Shown piece by piece: positions 40,289-51,626 of a stretch of DNA of 64,000 nucleotides. The number at the start of each line of letters is the position of its first letter. Within the stretch, counting starts at the first letter, position 1. Both the position numbers and the translations under genes were made by a program. The notes under the pieces are model-generated. The model did not search any database and was not told the origin of the DNA. It saw nothing but the letters and a program-made list of their open reading frames with translations. The DNA is from Terrimicrobiaceae bacterium (lineage in GTDB: Bacteria > Verrucomicrobiota > Verrucomicrobiia > Chthoniobacterales > Terrimicrobiaceae): contig JBIIUB010000002.1 in the NCBI GenBank assembly GCA_044340205.1, forward strand, positions 7,125 to 71,124. The letters run 5' to 3'.

Positions 40289-40301
40289 CATTTTTGTAAC
40301 G
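40285..40301 (+). promoter_or_regulatory. GTNACA-N5-GTNACA motif, copy 6 (GTGACAtttttGTAACG), about 57 bp upstream of the 40357 ORF
   Basis: Read directly. The left half overlaps the TGA stop of the preceding gene. Confidence 0.35.
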
Positions 40302-40356
40302 AAGGGGATTTTTCTTGGACTCGCATCCCATTGCGGTCACTTGAGCAACGATTGCC

Positions 40357-40755
40357 ATGAATACTTGTGATACCGCCCTGAAAGATCTGCTGGCCCAAGT
40401 CCAGTCCGAGCCCGTTTTTTCCAAAATCGCGAACCAGTTTCTGGATCTTGCCGAGAACACGGACCTCAACTCTCACTGCCGCCCCAAAAGTAACGACCTT
40501 TTGGAAAAGGCGATTTCTTCAGCCCTGCGCAACCGTCTCGGGATTCAATCGCCGCCTTCCGGCATGAGGATTTTGCACTACCCGCGCTTCGATTTTTTCC
40601 ACGGCAGCGGCATGGTCGAGAACCGCTTTTTCACGGTTTTTTTCTTCCGCCGGGAGAGGCTTGGGCTCTTGACCTGCACGATTCTTGGCGGCGCGACCGA
40701 CTACATTCGCATGAGTATCCCCAGCGCGACTCCGCAGGCGCCGTCTTTGAATTAG
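40357..40755 (+). CDS. Hypothetical protein
   Basis: 132-aa ORF with no recognisable motif. It is preceded by motif copy 6. Confidence 0.45.
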   Translation: MNTCDTALKDLLAQVQSEPVFSKIANQFLDLAENTDLNSHCRPKSNDLLEKAISSALRNRLGIQSPPSGMRILHYPRFDFFHGSGMVENRFFTVFFFRRERLGLLTCTILGGATDYIRMSIPSATPQAPSLN

Positions 40756-40774
40756 GCCATGCAGTCGATCCCAT

Positions 40775-41392
40775 TCAGGAGCGGACGACGCGGAAGTGGC
40801 GTTGGCGGTATTTGACCCAGCAAAAACCAGCGAGCGCGCCGCCGATGTGCGCTCCGTTGCCGATGTCGCCAAAGAGGCCTGTGAGCAAAAAGAACAGGGA
40901 CATGCCGACAACGATGATTCCAAGCCACATCGCCTGCATACGAACCGGGATGACAAAAAACAACAAAGCGGTGATGGGCATTCGCGGGTAGAGGGTGGAA
41001 AAAGCGGCAACGAGTCCACAAACCGCGCCGGAGGCACCAATCAAGGTCGGGCCAGGATTGATCATGAGTTGAAGCACGCCGCCGGCGACGCCGCAGAGGA
41101 GGTAGAGGAAGATAAAACTCCGCGCTCCCAGCACGCGCTCGAGGATGTTTCCTGTGAACCAGAGACCCATCATATTCACGGCAAGGTGGAGGATTCCTGC
41201 GTGAAGGAACTGGTAGGTGATGAACTGCCAAAGCATCCCCTGCCCTAGACCGGCACCACTCAACCCGAGGAGATGATCAGCCACCGCCTGCTGGCGTTGC
41301 GGCAGGATTTCAATGAAGACGAAAGCGAGAATATTCAGGCCAATGAGGACCTTCACCGGCGTGAGTTGTATGTTTCGGTAGCGGTTGAACAC
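40775..41392 (-). CDS. Rhomboid-family intramembrane serine protease
   Basis: 205 aa and polytopic. It has FLHAGILHLAVNM and the catalytic GASGAVCGL (GxSG), plus a downstream AHIGGALAG (His). Confidence 0.85.
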   Translation of the reverse strand: MFNRYRNIQLTPVKVLIGLNILAFVFIEILPQRQQAVADHLLGLSGAGLGQGMLWQFITYQFLHAGILHLAVNMMGLWFTGNILERVLGARSFIFLYLLCGVAGGVLQLMINPGPTLIGASGAVCGLVAAFSTLYPRMPITALLFFVIPVRMQAMWLGIIVVGMSLFFLLTGLFGDIGNGAHIGGALAGFCWVKYRQRHFRVVRS

Positions 41393-41451
41393 GGCGGCAA
41401 GCTAATCGCGGGGCGCACGAATGTCGATAAGGCGGAGACCCGTGCGGCGGA

Positions 41452-42989
41452 TCAGGATTTTCCAAGATGAAACTGGAACCGCCCACCCTTCGCGCCATGG
41501 GAGTTGGCAGCGGGATTCAAGCGCTGCTCGGTGTAGCGGGCGAGGCGAACAAAGGGGAGGCCGATGAGAAGATAGAATGCTGCTACCAGCAAACCAGCAC
41601 CGAAATAGTCGAATGTCTGTGTGGCGATTTGTTTGTAGGCACCGGTGAGGTCCACCAGCGTGACCATGGAAACGAGCGAGGAGTCCTTGAGAAGCGAGAT
41701 GAAATCGTTTGTCACGGGCGGCAGCACCAACCGGAAGGACTGAGGGATCACGACATTGAAAAGACCCTGCCGTTGCGTCATGCCGAGGGCTCGGGCGGCT
41801 TCCATCTGGCCTTTCGGAATGGCGAGCAGTCCGGCGCGGTAGTTTTCGGCTTCGTAGGCGGCGTAGTTCAAGGCGAGGCCGAGCACACCAGCTACGAATG
41901 GCTCGAGTTTGATGCCGATATTCGGCAGGCCATAAAAGAGGATAAGCAACTGGATGAGCAGCGGAGTTCCACGAATCAGCTCGATGTAGAGTGAGGCGAG
42001 CCAGCGCGCGGGGAGAGGCCCGTAAACCCTCATGATCGCAAGCGTGAAACCCAGCAGGACGGCCCCTGCCATGCCGAGTAGGCTGACTTCGATGGTGAGG
42101 AGCGAGGCCTCAAGCAACAGCGGCCAGAAGCGGGCGTAGCCGATGATGCGGTTTAACAAGGTGGGTTGCTCGGCTGTGGCGGCCACAAAGGCCCGATACT
42201 CGGTATCGGGGAGAGAGGGATCCTCCGGCTGGCCGAATGTGTCGGCAACCATGGCGGTCCAGAGTCCCCAGCGCGAGAGGATGTCGCGCATTTCTCCGCT
42301 GGCGACCACTCGGGCGAGCGCGGCGTTCATTTCGGCCGAGAGGGCAGAGTTCGCCTTGGAGAGGGCAATTCCGTAAGTGACCTGGCCGAACGGCGGGCCG
42401 GTGAATTTCAGATTCGGATTTGCAAACGCGTAATATTTCGCAATCGGGTAATCGAGGAGCACGCCGAAGAGGCGGCCGTTCGCAACATCCGCATAGGCGT
42501 TGACCTCCTCGTCGTAAATTTTCACCACGACACCGGGCGTCTTGCTGAGCATGTTGAAAGATGCGGTCTGGCTCAGAGTGCCGATCTGCTTACCTTGGAG
42601 TTGATCAAGGTTCGTCACCGGGGGCGTGCCTTTTTTGACCACGAGCTGCTCGTAGGTCACATAGTAGGGATTTGTGAAAAGCACCTCCTGCGCCTTGTCG
42701 GTAGTGATCTCGATGCCGCAGATGACGCAGTCGTAAAGCCCTCGACCAAGGCCGGGGATGAGGCCATCCCAGTCATTCGGGACAAAGACAGGCTCGCGTC
42801 CCATCTCGCGGGCTACGGCTTGGATGACCTCGTATTCAAAACCGGTCAGCTTGTTGCCGGGGCCGTAGAAGGCGTAGGGCGCGTTGCTGTCCGTCGCTGC
42901 AGCCCAGCGGAGCGTCTTGGTGTCGGCCTGCGCGAAGGACTGGAAAAGAAATCCCAGCGCCAAAAACAAAAGAAGTGTGGTTTTTTTCA

Positions 42990-42990
<1 letters not shown>
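41452..42990 (-). CDS. Polar amino-acid ABC transporter, fused periplasmic binding domain + permease
   Basis: 512 aa. A signal peptide precedes an SBP_bac_3-like half (TLRWAAATDSNAPYAFYG...). The C-terminal half is a HisM/GlnP-like permease with the EAA-type loop (EAARALGMTQRQGLFNVVIPQ). Confidence 0.9.
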
Positions 42991-43757
<767 letters not shown>

Positions 43758-43887
43758 TGGTGGCGATGTCCTATGCCGCGCCTTCGCAGGAAACAAGGTC
43801 TGAAATGTGACGGATTTGTTGAAAACGGGGGTTCGGGTTTGGGAATCGAGACTTTGCATTCCAGCGCCCCTCCTTTAGCGTCTGCGC

Positions 43888-44685
43888 ATGAAATACGCGT
43901 TTCTCGGAGCAGGAAAAATGGCATCCGCCATCATTCAAGGAATGTTGCGCGGCAAGGTCTGCAGCGCGGAAGAGATCATTGCCTCATGCCCCGAGGCGCA
44001 GATGCTTCAAAGCCTGCAGGACTCGACCTCCGTGCGAGTCACGACTTCCAACGAGGAGGCCGCAGCGGCAGCCCCCGTCGTGATTCTTTGCGTCAAACCG
44101 CAAGAAGCGGCGACCGCGATCAAACAAGCTGGAGCGGCCTTGGATGGGAAACTTCTCATCTCGATTGCTGCGGGACTCACAGTCGCCACCTTGGAAAAAA
44201 TGGCTCCAAAGTGCCGGATCATCCGCGCCATGCCAAACACCCCTGCCCTCGTCGGTTGTGGCGCGACGGCCTTCACCGCCGGAGCCAACACCACCGATGC
44301 CGACAAGAACTGCGCGGAGGCGATCTTCGCCAGCGTGGGCGTTGTTTCCCAAGTTCAGGAAAAGCTCCTCGACGCGGTGACCGGCCTGAGCGGAAGCGGA
44401 CCGGCTTACATCTTCTTGATTATCGAAGCCCTCACGGACGGCGGCGTCTCCTGCGGCCTTCCCACGAATCTGGCACGCCAACTCGCCATACAAACCATTC
44501 TCGGAGCGGCGCAACTCGCGAAGGAAACCGGCGAGCATCCGGCCGTCTTGCGTGAGATGGTGACCAGCCCCGGAGGCACCACCGCCGCCGCATTGGGCGA
44601 ACTCGAAAAACACGGGGTCCGCGCCGCATTGATCCAAGCAGTCCGGGCAGCCGAGCGCCGCTCGAAGGAACTCTCCGCCGCATGA
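43888..44685 (+). CDS. proC: Pyrroline-5-carboxylate reductase
   Basis: 265 aa. The motifs are FLGAGKMASAII, RAMPNTPALVG, SGSGPAYIFLIIEAL and VTSPGGTT. Confidence 0.9.
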   Translation: MKYAFLGAGKMASAIIQGMLRGKVCSAEEIIASCPEAQMLQSLQDSTSVRVTTSNEEAAAAAPVVILCVKPQEAATAIKQAGAALDGKLLISIAAGLTVATLEKMAPKCRIIRAMPNTPALVGCGATAFTAGANTTDADKNCAEAIFASVGVVSQVQEKLLDAVTGLSGSGPAYIFLIIEALTDGGVSCGLPTNLARQLAIQTILGAAQLAKETGEHPAVLREMVTSPGGTTAAALGELEKHGVRAALIQAVRAAERRSKELSAA

Positions 44686-45350
44686 TGCGCCGCGCTGCCG
44701 TTCACGCCCTGCTGGCGGCATGCGCACTCGCATTAGCGCAAAAACTGCCGGCGGACGAAACGGGGAAAAACTTCACGCCCCGCACCCTCTCCGCTTCCAT
44801 CGCGGAAGGAAATGTCGCCTTCGAGCGCAAGGACTACGGTGCCGCGAGAAACGCCTACACTCGCGTTCTCACGCTGGAACCCAACAATCTCATGGCCCTC
44901 GTGAATCTCGGCATGGTGGAATTTTATTCAGGCCATCCCGACAAGGCCGAGGAACTGCTCAAAAAAGCTGTTCGCCAACGCCTCGAGTCCGCCCCGGCGT
45001 GGCTCACGCTGGGGATGATCTACATGGATCGCAATGAATCGGACGCCGCGATTGCCTCCCTCTCGCAAGCCATGTTGCAGGATCCGCTGAACGCCCGGAC
45101 GCGCAATTTTCTCGGCGTCGTCATGGGCCGCCGGGGTTGGATTGAAGGTGCCCAGCACGAACTCCGCCGCGCCGTGGAACTCGATCCCTCGTATGCCGAC
45201 GCCCACTATAATCTCGCGGTCTTTTACCTCGAAGAAAAACCGCCCGCCATCGAGCTTTCGCGGCGGCATTATCAAAAAGCCATCGAACTCGGGGTTGAAA
45301 AAAATCCCGAAATGGAAAAGTTATTCAGCACACCGCCAAAAAAACCTTAG
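44682..45350 (+). CDS. TPR-repeat protein (secreted)
   Basis: 222 aa with a signal peptide and at least 4 TPR units (e.g. AWLTLGMIYMDRNESDAAIASLSQAMLQDP). An ATGA overlap joins it to proC. Confidence 0.8.
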   Translation: MMRRAAVHALLAACALALAQKLPADETGKNFTPRTLSASIAEGNVAFERKDYGAARNAYTRVLTLEPNNLMALVNLGMVEFYSGHPDKAEELLKKAVRQRLESAPAWLTLGMIYMDRNESDAAIASLSQAMLQDPLNARTRNFLGVVMGRRGWIEGAQHELRRAVELDPSYADAHYNLAVFYLEEKPPAIELSRRHYQKAIELGVEKNPEMEKLFSTPPKKP

Positions 45351-45359
45351 CTTCCTCAT

Positions 45360-46193
45360 ATGCTCGCCCGCCTGATTCCCGCATTTCTCTGCCTCCTTGC
45401 CATCACCCCTCTCCAAGCCGCGCCCGCTCCCCAGATCAGCGCCAAGGCGGCCATTCTGGTGGATGCCAACACCGGCAAGGTCCTTTATTCCAAAAATGAC
45501 GAGGCGAAGCGCCCCGTCGCCAGCACCCAGAAACTTCTCACGGCACTGATCGTCGCCGAAGCGGGCAACTTGGATAAAAAAGTCGAGATTGAAACGACGG
45601 ACACGAATTGCGAGCCCACCAAAATCTATGTGAAACCCGGACAGAGCTACACAAGGCTCCAACTCCTTAACGCGCTTTTGGTGAAGAGCGGCAACGATGT
45701 CGCCCGCACCCTCGCCCGTGACAATGCCGGAAGCGTGAGTGCCTTTGCGGACAAGATGACCCAGCGCGTGCGCAACCTGGGCGGCACCAGTTCGAATTTT
45801 GAAAATCCCAACGGCCTGCCCGCCCAAGGCCAATATTCCACAGCCCGAGACATGGCCCGCGTCGCACGAATGGCCTACCGCAATCCCACGCTCCGCGAGA
45901 TCATGAGGACGAAAAACTACAACTTCCGCTTCAACTCGGGAAATGTCGTTCCCCTCCGCAATACAAACCGCGTCCTTCGCACCTACTCATTCTGCAATGG
46001 CATGAAGACCGGCTACACCGACCTCGCCGGACATTGCCTCATTTCCAGCGGATCCTACAACGGGCGGGATGTCATTGCCGTGGTCCTTGGCAGCACCAAG
46101 GCCCGCATCGCAGACGAATCGGCAAAACTTCTCGCCTACGGGCTGAACATCCCGTCATCCAAGCTCGGCTCGCTGCGCATTTCGCAAAACTAA
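45360..46193 (+). CDS. D-alanyl-D-alanine carboxypeptidase (S11, PBP5/6-like)
   Basis: 277 aa with a signal peptide. It has the SxxK (ASTQKL), SxN (KSGND) and KTG (MKTGYT) motifs. Confidence 0.85.
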   Translation: MLARLIPAFLCLLAITPLQAAPAPQISAKAAILVDANTGKVLYSKNDEAKRPVASTQKLLTALIVAEAGNLDKKVEIETTDTNCEPTKIYVKPGQSYTRLQLLNALLVKSGNDVARTLARDNAGSVSAFADKMTQRVRNLGGTSSNFENPNGLPAQGQYSTARDMARVARMAYRNPTLREIMRTKNYNFRFNSGNVVPLRNTNRVLRTYSFCNGMKTGYTDLAGHCLISSGSYNGRDVIAVVLGSTKARIADESAKLLAYGLNIPSSKLGSLRISQN

Positions 46194-46200
46194 ACCCGGC

Positions 46201-48231
46201 GTGTCGCGCACCTACACACTGCAACCGCCGGCCGCATCCAGCGGGATCGACTACGCTTCGGAACTGAACGACCAGCAACTCGCCGCCGTGACATATCCGG
46301 CCGGAGCGGCCTTGGTCATCGCCGGCGCTGGCAGCGGAAAAACACGCACACTCACCTACCGCGTGGCCTGGATTCTCGAGCAAGGCGTTCCAGCCCGCTC
46401 CATCCTGCTCCTCACTTTTACAAACAAAGCCGCACGGGAAATGACCGAGCGCGTGCAAAGCCTCATCCCAGGCGCGGCCGACGGGATGTGGAGCGGCACA
46501 TTCCACTCGATCGGCAACCGCATTCTACGCCGCCACGCCGAGGCTGTGGGGTTCCGTCAGGGATTCAGCATCATGGATCGCGAGGATTCCGAGGACATGA
46601 TTTCGTCCGTTCTGACAAAGGAAGGCATCGTCTCAACCGACAAGCGATTCCCAAAGGCAGGCGTGCTCTCCGACATCTTCAGCTACTCGATCAACACTGG
46701 GCTTCCGATCTCCAAAGTGCTGGTCGAAAAATACCGCTACTTCATCCCGCTGGCGCAGGACATCGAGCGCGTCCAGACCGCCTACGAATCGAGAAAAAAA
46801 GAGGCGAACTCGATGGATTTCGACGACCTCCTCGCCAAGACCCTGGAGCTTTTCCTGACGAATCCCGACATCGCCGCACAATACCAACGCCAGTTTCAGC
46901 ACATCCTCGTCGATGAGTATCAAGACACCAACCGCCTCCAATCCGAACTCATCGACCTCCTCGCCGCACACCACGGGAATGTAATGGTCGTCGGCGACGA
47001 CGCGCAGAGCATCTACTCGTGGCGCGGGGCGAATTTCGAAAACATCCTGCGCTTTCCCGAAACACACGCTGGCGCGCAGGTCTTCAAAATCGAAAAAAAC
47101 TATCGCAGCGTTCCCGGCGTGCTGGATGTCGCCAACGCGGCGATTCTCACAAACGAAAATCAATTTCCCAAAAACCTCGCGCCCGTCCGCAAACCCCATT
47201 CCATCAAGCCCGCGCTGGTTGCATTACCGAACAACAACCAGCAGGCGGCCTTCATCGCCCAGCGCATCATGGAACTATCCGACGAAGGCGTGCCGCTGGA
47301 GCAAATCGCCGTCCTCTACCGCGCCCACTACCACTCGATGGAGACGCAGCTCGAGTTCACCCGGCGCGGCATTCCCTTCAGCATCACCAGCGGGCTTCGA
47401 TTTTTCGAGCAGGCCCATATTAAGGATGTCGCCTCTTTCCTAAAATTCACCGTCAACCCGCGCGACGAAACCGCCTTCAAACGCATGACCCGCATGCTTC
47501 CGGGGATTGGAAACAAAACCGCCGAGGCCCTCTGGCAAAAGACCTCCGCCATCCTCGAAGGGAAAATCAATTTCGAAGACCTCGCCGGCCTCAAGGTTCC
47601 AGCCAAAGCGCAAAAGTCGTGGGACCAATTCATACACACCCTGGCCGAACTGGTCACGGGCGACGCCCCCATGAAGCCCGCCGAAATGATCTCCTGCGTG
47701 CTCTTCGCTGTTTACGAGGACTACATGAAAGAGAAGTTCCCAAACTACGATGCCCGCCACGAGGATCTCATCACACTTCAGGAGTTCGCCGAACAGTTCG
47801 AAACAACGGCGGATTTCCTCTCCCAGCTTGCCCTGCTCGGTGGACTCGAAACCGCAGAGGCCTTTGCCGGAGCGGCTGAAACCGAAAAAGTGACCCTCTC
47901 CACACTCCATCAGGCCAAAGGCCTCGAATGGAAAGTCGTCTTTCTCATCTGGCTCGCCGAGGGAATGTTTCCAAGCAGTCGCAGCATTGAAGATCCCCGC
48001 GCGCTCGAGGAGGAACGCCGTCTTTTCTATGTAGGAGTGACCCGCTGCATGGACGAACTCTACCTCACCTACCCCGAAATGCGCCTCGCCGCCGGCTACG
48101 ACCAGTCATTCTACTCACCCTCGCGCTTCCTCCGCGAAGTCCCGGAATCCCTCTTTGAATGCTGGGAAGTGCATCAGGCACCCGCCACATTCCGCACCCC
48201 GCGCGACCAAGACGGCGAGATCCCGTTTTAA
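46201..48231 (+). CDS. UvrD/PcrA/Rep-family ATP-dependent DNA helicase
   Basis: 676 aa with a GTG start. It has Walker A AGAGSGKTRTL, ILVDEYQDTN, YRS and TLHQAKGLEW. Confidence 0.9.
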   Translation: MSRTYTLQPPAASSGIDYASELNDQQLAAVTYPAGAALVIAGAGSGKTRTLTYRVAWILEQGVPARSILLLTFTNKAAREMTERVQSLIPGAADGMWSGTFHSIGNRILRRHAEAVGFRQGFSIMDREDSEDMISSVLTKEGIVSTDKRFPKAGVLSDIFSYSINTGLPISKVLVEKYRYFIPLAQDIERVQTAYESRKKEANSMDFDDLLAKTLELFLTNPDIAAQYQRQFQHILVDEYQDTNRLQSELIDLLAAHHGNVMVVGDDAQSIYSWRGANFENILRFPETHAGAQVFKIEKNYRSVPGVLDVANAAILTNENQFPKNLAPVRKPHSIKPALVALPNNNQQAAFIAQRIMELSDEGVPLEQIAVLYRAHYHSMETQLEFTRRGIPFSITSGLRFFEQAHIKDVASFLKFTVNPRDETAFKRMTRMLPGIGNKTAEALWQKTSAILEGKINFEDLAGLKVPAKAQKSWDQFIHTLAELVTGDAPMKPAEMISCVLFAVYEDYMKEKFPNYDARHEDLITLQEFAEQFETTADFLSQLALLGGLETAEAFAGAAETEKVTLSTLHQAKGLEWKVVFLIWLAEGMFPSSRSIEDPRALEEERRLFYVGVTRCMDELYLTYPEMRLAAGYDQSFYSPSRFLREVPESLFECWEVHQAPATFRTPRDQDGEIPF

Positions 48232-48285
48232 AAATCAAGACCCGCGCGCTGGAAAAATCCGACCGGGCAAGGGCCGAAGCTTGAT

Positions 48286-48594
48286 CTATCGAATAGATTC
48301 AGAAACTGACAACTGCTGCTCGACCCACTCTGGCTTCCGACGGCAATCCAAAACTCGATAGACAATGATTTCTTCGCCTCTGACCTTGTAGTAGATGGCG
48401 TAAGGAAATCGTCTTGCGATGAGCCTGAAAAATCCCAGGTGAAGCGAATGGATTCCTGCAAAGACCAATAGGGAATCGATTTCAGAAAAGAGGCTGTCAA
48501 AAAAGTAATCTCCGAGACCATCGCCTTGGAGGTCATAAAATTTTCGCCCCTGAGAAAGATCCTCGATGGCGGAGGTTAGAACCCGCAGGTTCAT
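48286..48594 (-). CDS. ParE/RelE-family type II toxin
   Basis: 102 aa. It contains ...RRFPYAIYYKVRGEEIIVYRVLDCRRKP. A 4-bp ATGA overlap joins it to the upstream antitoxin ORF. Confidence 0.8.
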   Translation of the reverse strand: MNLRVLTSAIEDLSQGRKFYDLQGDGLGDYFFDSLFSEIDSLLVFAGIHSLHLGFFRLIARRFPYAIYYKVRGEEIIVYRVLDCRRKPEWVEQQLSVSESIR

Positions 48595-48806
48595 TCAAAT
48601 TGTTTTCTGAGCTTTCTTTTGGCCTCTTCCCAGTCCAAGGACTGGACTTTCCCAAGTTTGAAGTCCTCTTCCGTCTTTCGGAGTTCTTCTCCGTGCCAAG
48701 AAGGGCTTTGAAATTGCGAGTCCTCGGACGCTAGGTCCGACCAAAGAGCCTCGACAATTTGAAGCTTCTCCCGGCGGGGAAGTTGGCGCAGCTCGGCAAT
48801 GCTCAT
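48591..48806 (-). CDS. Putative addiction-module antitoxin (TIGR02574-like)
   Basis: 71 aa. LPRREKLQIVEALWSDLASE...SPSWHGEELRKTEEDFKLGK is typical of this small antitoxin family. Confidence 0.75.
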   Translation of the reverse strand: MSIAELRQLPRREKLQIVEALWSDLASEDSQFQSPSWHGEELRKTEEDFKLGKVQSLDWEEAKRKLRKQFE

Positions 48807-48973
48807 TGACTGAAATTTATGCGCTCCTTCAACTGATGCAAGGGAATCTCAGTCATCCCCTCCTCCGTGTCCTCTGTGCGCTCTGTGGTTAATCCATTAA
48901 TCGCCGATTCACTCACACCGCGTATCGGTTTGCAGGCTCGCGCTCTTCCGCATAGAATGCGCCTTTTTCCAAA

Positions 48974-51505
48974 ATGAGCACGCAGCGCAAGCAGTATCCG
49001 TTCACTGAATTCGAACCCCGCTGGCAACAGCATTGGCTGGAAGCCGGAGCCTTCCGCGCCGCCAATCCGGGGGACGCCGATTTCGATGCCTCCAAGCCGA
49101 AATACTACATTCTCGACATGTTCCCCTACCCCAGCGGAGACGGCCTGCATGTCGGCCATGTTGAGGGATACACCGCCACGGACATCCTTGCCCGCTTCCA
49201 CCGCATGCAAGGCTTCAATGTGCTACACCCCATGGGTTGGGACGCCTTCGGACTCCCCGCCGAGCAATACGCCATCAAAACCGGCCAGCACCCGCGCGTC
49301 ACCACAGCCCGCAATATCGACAACTTCCGCCGCCAACTTCAGGCCGTCGGTTTCAGCTACGATTGGGATCGCGAAGTCAGCACCACCGACCCGGGCTACT
49401 TCCGGTGGACGCAGTGGATTTTCCTCCAACTCTACAACGCCTGGTTCAACCCCACGACGCGCAAGGCCGAGCCCATCGCCACCTACACCGGCAACGATCC
49501 CGACTCAGTGCGCCTTGCCTATGTCGCCGAAATGCCGGTGAACTGGTGCCCGCAACTCGGCACCGTGCTGGCGAACGAAGAGGTCGTCGACGGCAAAAGC
49601 GAAGTGGGAGGATTCCCCGTCGAGCGCCGTCCGCTCCGCCAATGGATGCTGCGCATCACCGCCTTCGCCGAGCGCCTCCTGGAGGGCCTCGATGGACTCG
49701 ATTGGCCCGAGGGCATCAAGCTCCTCCAGCGAAACTGGATCGGCCGCAGCGAGGGAGCCTTGGTCAAATTTCAAATCGCAAATGCTCCATGCGCAGTGGA
49801 GGTCTTCACGACACGCCCCGACACACTCTTCGGAGCGACCTACATGATCCTCGCGCCCGAGCATCCGCTCGTCGCTGCCATCACCACTCCTGACCAACTC
49901 GAAGCCGTAGAAAAATATAAAACCTCCGTCGCATCCAAGAGCGACCTCGACCGCACCGAACTCAACAAGGAAAAAAGCGGCGTCTTCACCGGTGCCTTCG
50001 CCATCAACCCCGTCAACGGCGACAAAATCCCCGTCTGGATCGCCGACTATGTGCTCATGGGCTACGGCACGGGCGCCATCATGGCCGTCCCCGCCCACGA
50101 CGAGCGCGACTTTGAGTTCGCCAACAAATTCCAACTCCCCATCCGCGAAGTAGTGAAAAAAGAGGGAGCCTCCTCCTGCTTTGCCGGCGAGGGAGTGGCC
50201 GTGAACTCGGGTTTTCTCGACGGCTTGCCGACCGCCGAGGCCAAGCAAAAGATCACTACTTGGCTAGAGGAGAAGTCTCTCGGACGCGGCACGGTGAACT
50301 ACAAACTCCGCGACTGGCTTTTCTCCCGCCAGCGCTACTGGGGCGAGCCATTCCCGATCTTATGGGAAGGCGGACGCCATCGCGCACTGACTCAGGACGA
50401 ACTCCCAGTCGTCCAGCCCGACATGGAGGATTTCAAACCCACTGGCACGCCGGAGCCACCACTCAGCAAGGCTCTTGAGTGGTTGAAATACTCGGACTCC
50501 GCGCAGCGCGAGACCAACACCATGCCTCAATGGGCAGGCTCGTGCTGGTATTACCTGCGTTTCTGCGATGCCAAAAACTCCGAGCGCTTCATCGGCAAAG
50601 AAGCCGACGAATACTGGATGGCGCGCAACGCCAAACCCGGCGGCGTGGACCTCTATGTCGGCGGCACCGAGCACGCCGTGCTGCATCTCCTCTACGCCCG
50701 CTTCTGGCACAAGCTCCTGCATGACCTCGGCCATGTGACCACGCCCGAACCGTTCCAGCGTTTGGTCAACCAAGGCATGATCCTCGGCCCGGACGGCCAA
50801 AAAATGTCCAAGAGCAGGGGCAATGTCATCACTCCCGACAGCGTAATCTCCGAATACGGCGCCGATTCGCTGCGACTGTATGAAATGTTCATGGGCCCGC
50901 TTGAGCAAATGAAGCCCTGGAGCATGAAAGGCGTCGAAGGCGTCTACCGCTTCCTCGCCCGCGTATGGCGCTTGGCCATGGAAGAAAATCAGGAAGGCGA
51001 ATGGATCCTCTCAAGCGACCTCGCCGAGATTCCGCTCAACGCGCAGCAACTTCGCATCGCCCACGCGACCATCAAAAAGGTTACCTCCGACATCCGCCTC
51101 CTCGCCTTCAACACAGCGATCTCGCAAATGATGGTTTTCACCAACGAATTCGTGAACGCCAAGCCACGCCCGCTGGAGGCGCTTCGCATCCTGCTACCGC
51201 TCCTGAGCCCCTTCGCCCCCCACCTCGCCGAGGAACTCTGGAGCCGCCTCGGTTTTGCCGGACTCGCCTCCAAGCAACCTTGGCCCGTGCATGACGAATC
51301 CCTGCTCGTAGAAAACGAAGTCGAACTCGCCGTGCAAGTGAACGGCAAAGTCCGCGAGCGCCTCGTCATTTCAAAAGTAGCCACCAAAGAGGAAATCGAA
51401 AAAGCCGCCCTCGCCAGCCCAAAAATCCAAGAAGCCACAGCAGGACAAACCATCGTCAAAGTCGTCGTGGTCCCCGGGAAACTCGTGAACATCGTCGCCA
51501 AATAA
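48974..51505 (+). CDS. leuS: Leucine--tRNA ligase
   Basis: 843 aa. It has the HIGH-type motif ([12 protein letters not shown]) and the KMSKS motif (QKMSKSRGN). Confidence 0.95.
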   Translation: MSTQRKQYPFTEFEPRWQQHWLEAGAFRAANPGDADFDASKPKYYILDMFPYPSGDGLHVGHVEGYTATDILARFHRMQGFNVLHPMGWDAFGLPAEQYAIKTGQHPRVTTARNIDNFRRQLQAVGFSYDWDREVSTTDPGYFRWTQWIFLQLYNAWFNPTTRKAEPIATYTGNDPDSVRLAYVAEMPVNWCPQLGTVLANEEVVDGKSEVGGFPVERRPLRQWMLRITAFAERLLEGLDGLDWPEGIKLLQRNWIGRSEGALVKFQIANAPCAVEVFTTRPDTLFGATYMILAPEHPLVAAITTPDQLEAVEKYKTSVASKSDLDRTELNKEKSGVFTGAFAINPVNGDKIPVWIADYVLMGYGTGAIMAVPAHDERDFEFANKFQLPIREVVKKEGASSCFAGEGVAVNSGFLDGLPTAEAKQKITTWLEEKSLGRGTVNYKLRDWLFSRQRYWGEPFPILWEGGRHRALTQDELPVVQPDMEDFKPTGTPEPPLSKALEWLKYSDSAQRETNTMPQWAGSCWYYLRFCDAKNSERFIGKEADEYWMARNAKPGGVDLYVGGTEHAVLHLLYARFWHKLLHDLGHVTTPEPFQRLVNQGMILGPDGQKMSKSRGNVITPDSVISEYGADSLRLYEMFMGPLEQMKPWSMKGVEGVYRFLARVWRLAMEENQEGEWILSSDLAEIPLNAQQLRIAHATIKKVTSDIRLLAFNTAISQMMVFTNEFVNAKPRPLEALRILLPLLSPFAPHLAEELWSRLGFAGLASKQPWPVHDESLLVENEVELAVQVNGKVRERLVISKVATKEEIEKAALASPKIQEATAGQTIVKVVVVPGKLVNIVAK

Positions 51506-51626
51506 AAAGCAGCAACCCAGCCCCGGCGGCCGCCCACAAATTTCAGACAGCCTGACCTCTGCCCAATCGCGTCTGCATCGCAGGGAAACTGGATGATCTT
51601 TTTTGACACGAGAAAACCTCGCCATT

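Noticed and set aside
7157-40301. Reading the GTNACA-N5-GTNACA motif as a -35/-10 promoter pair, or as an ECF-type GTAAC...CGTC promoter
   Set aside because: The two hexamers start only 11 bp apart, far short of the 16-18-bp spacer between -35 and -10 elements. I therefore treat the motif as a tandem transcription-factor site, possibly overlapping a -35 region as Pho boxes do.
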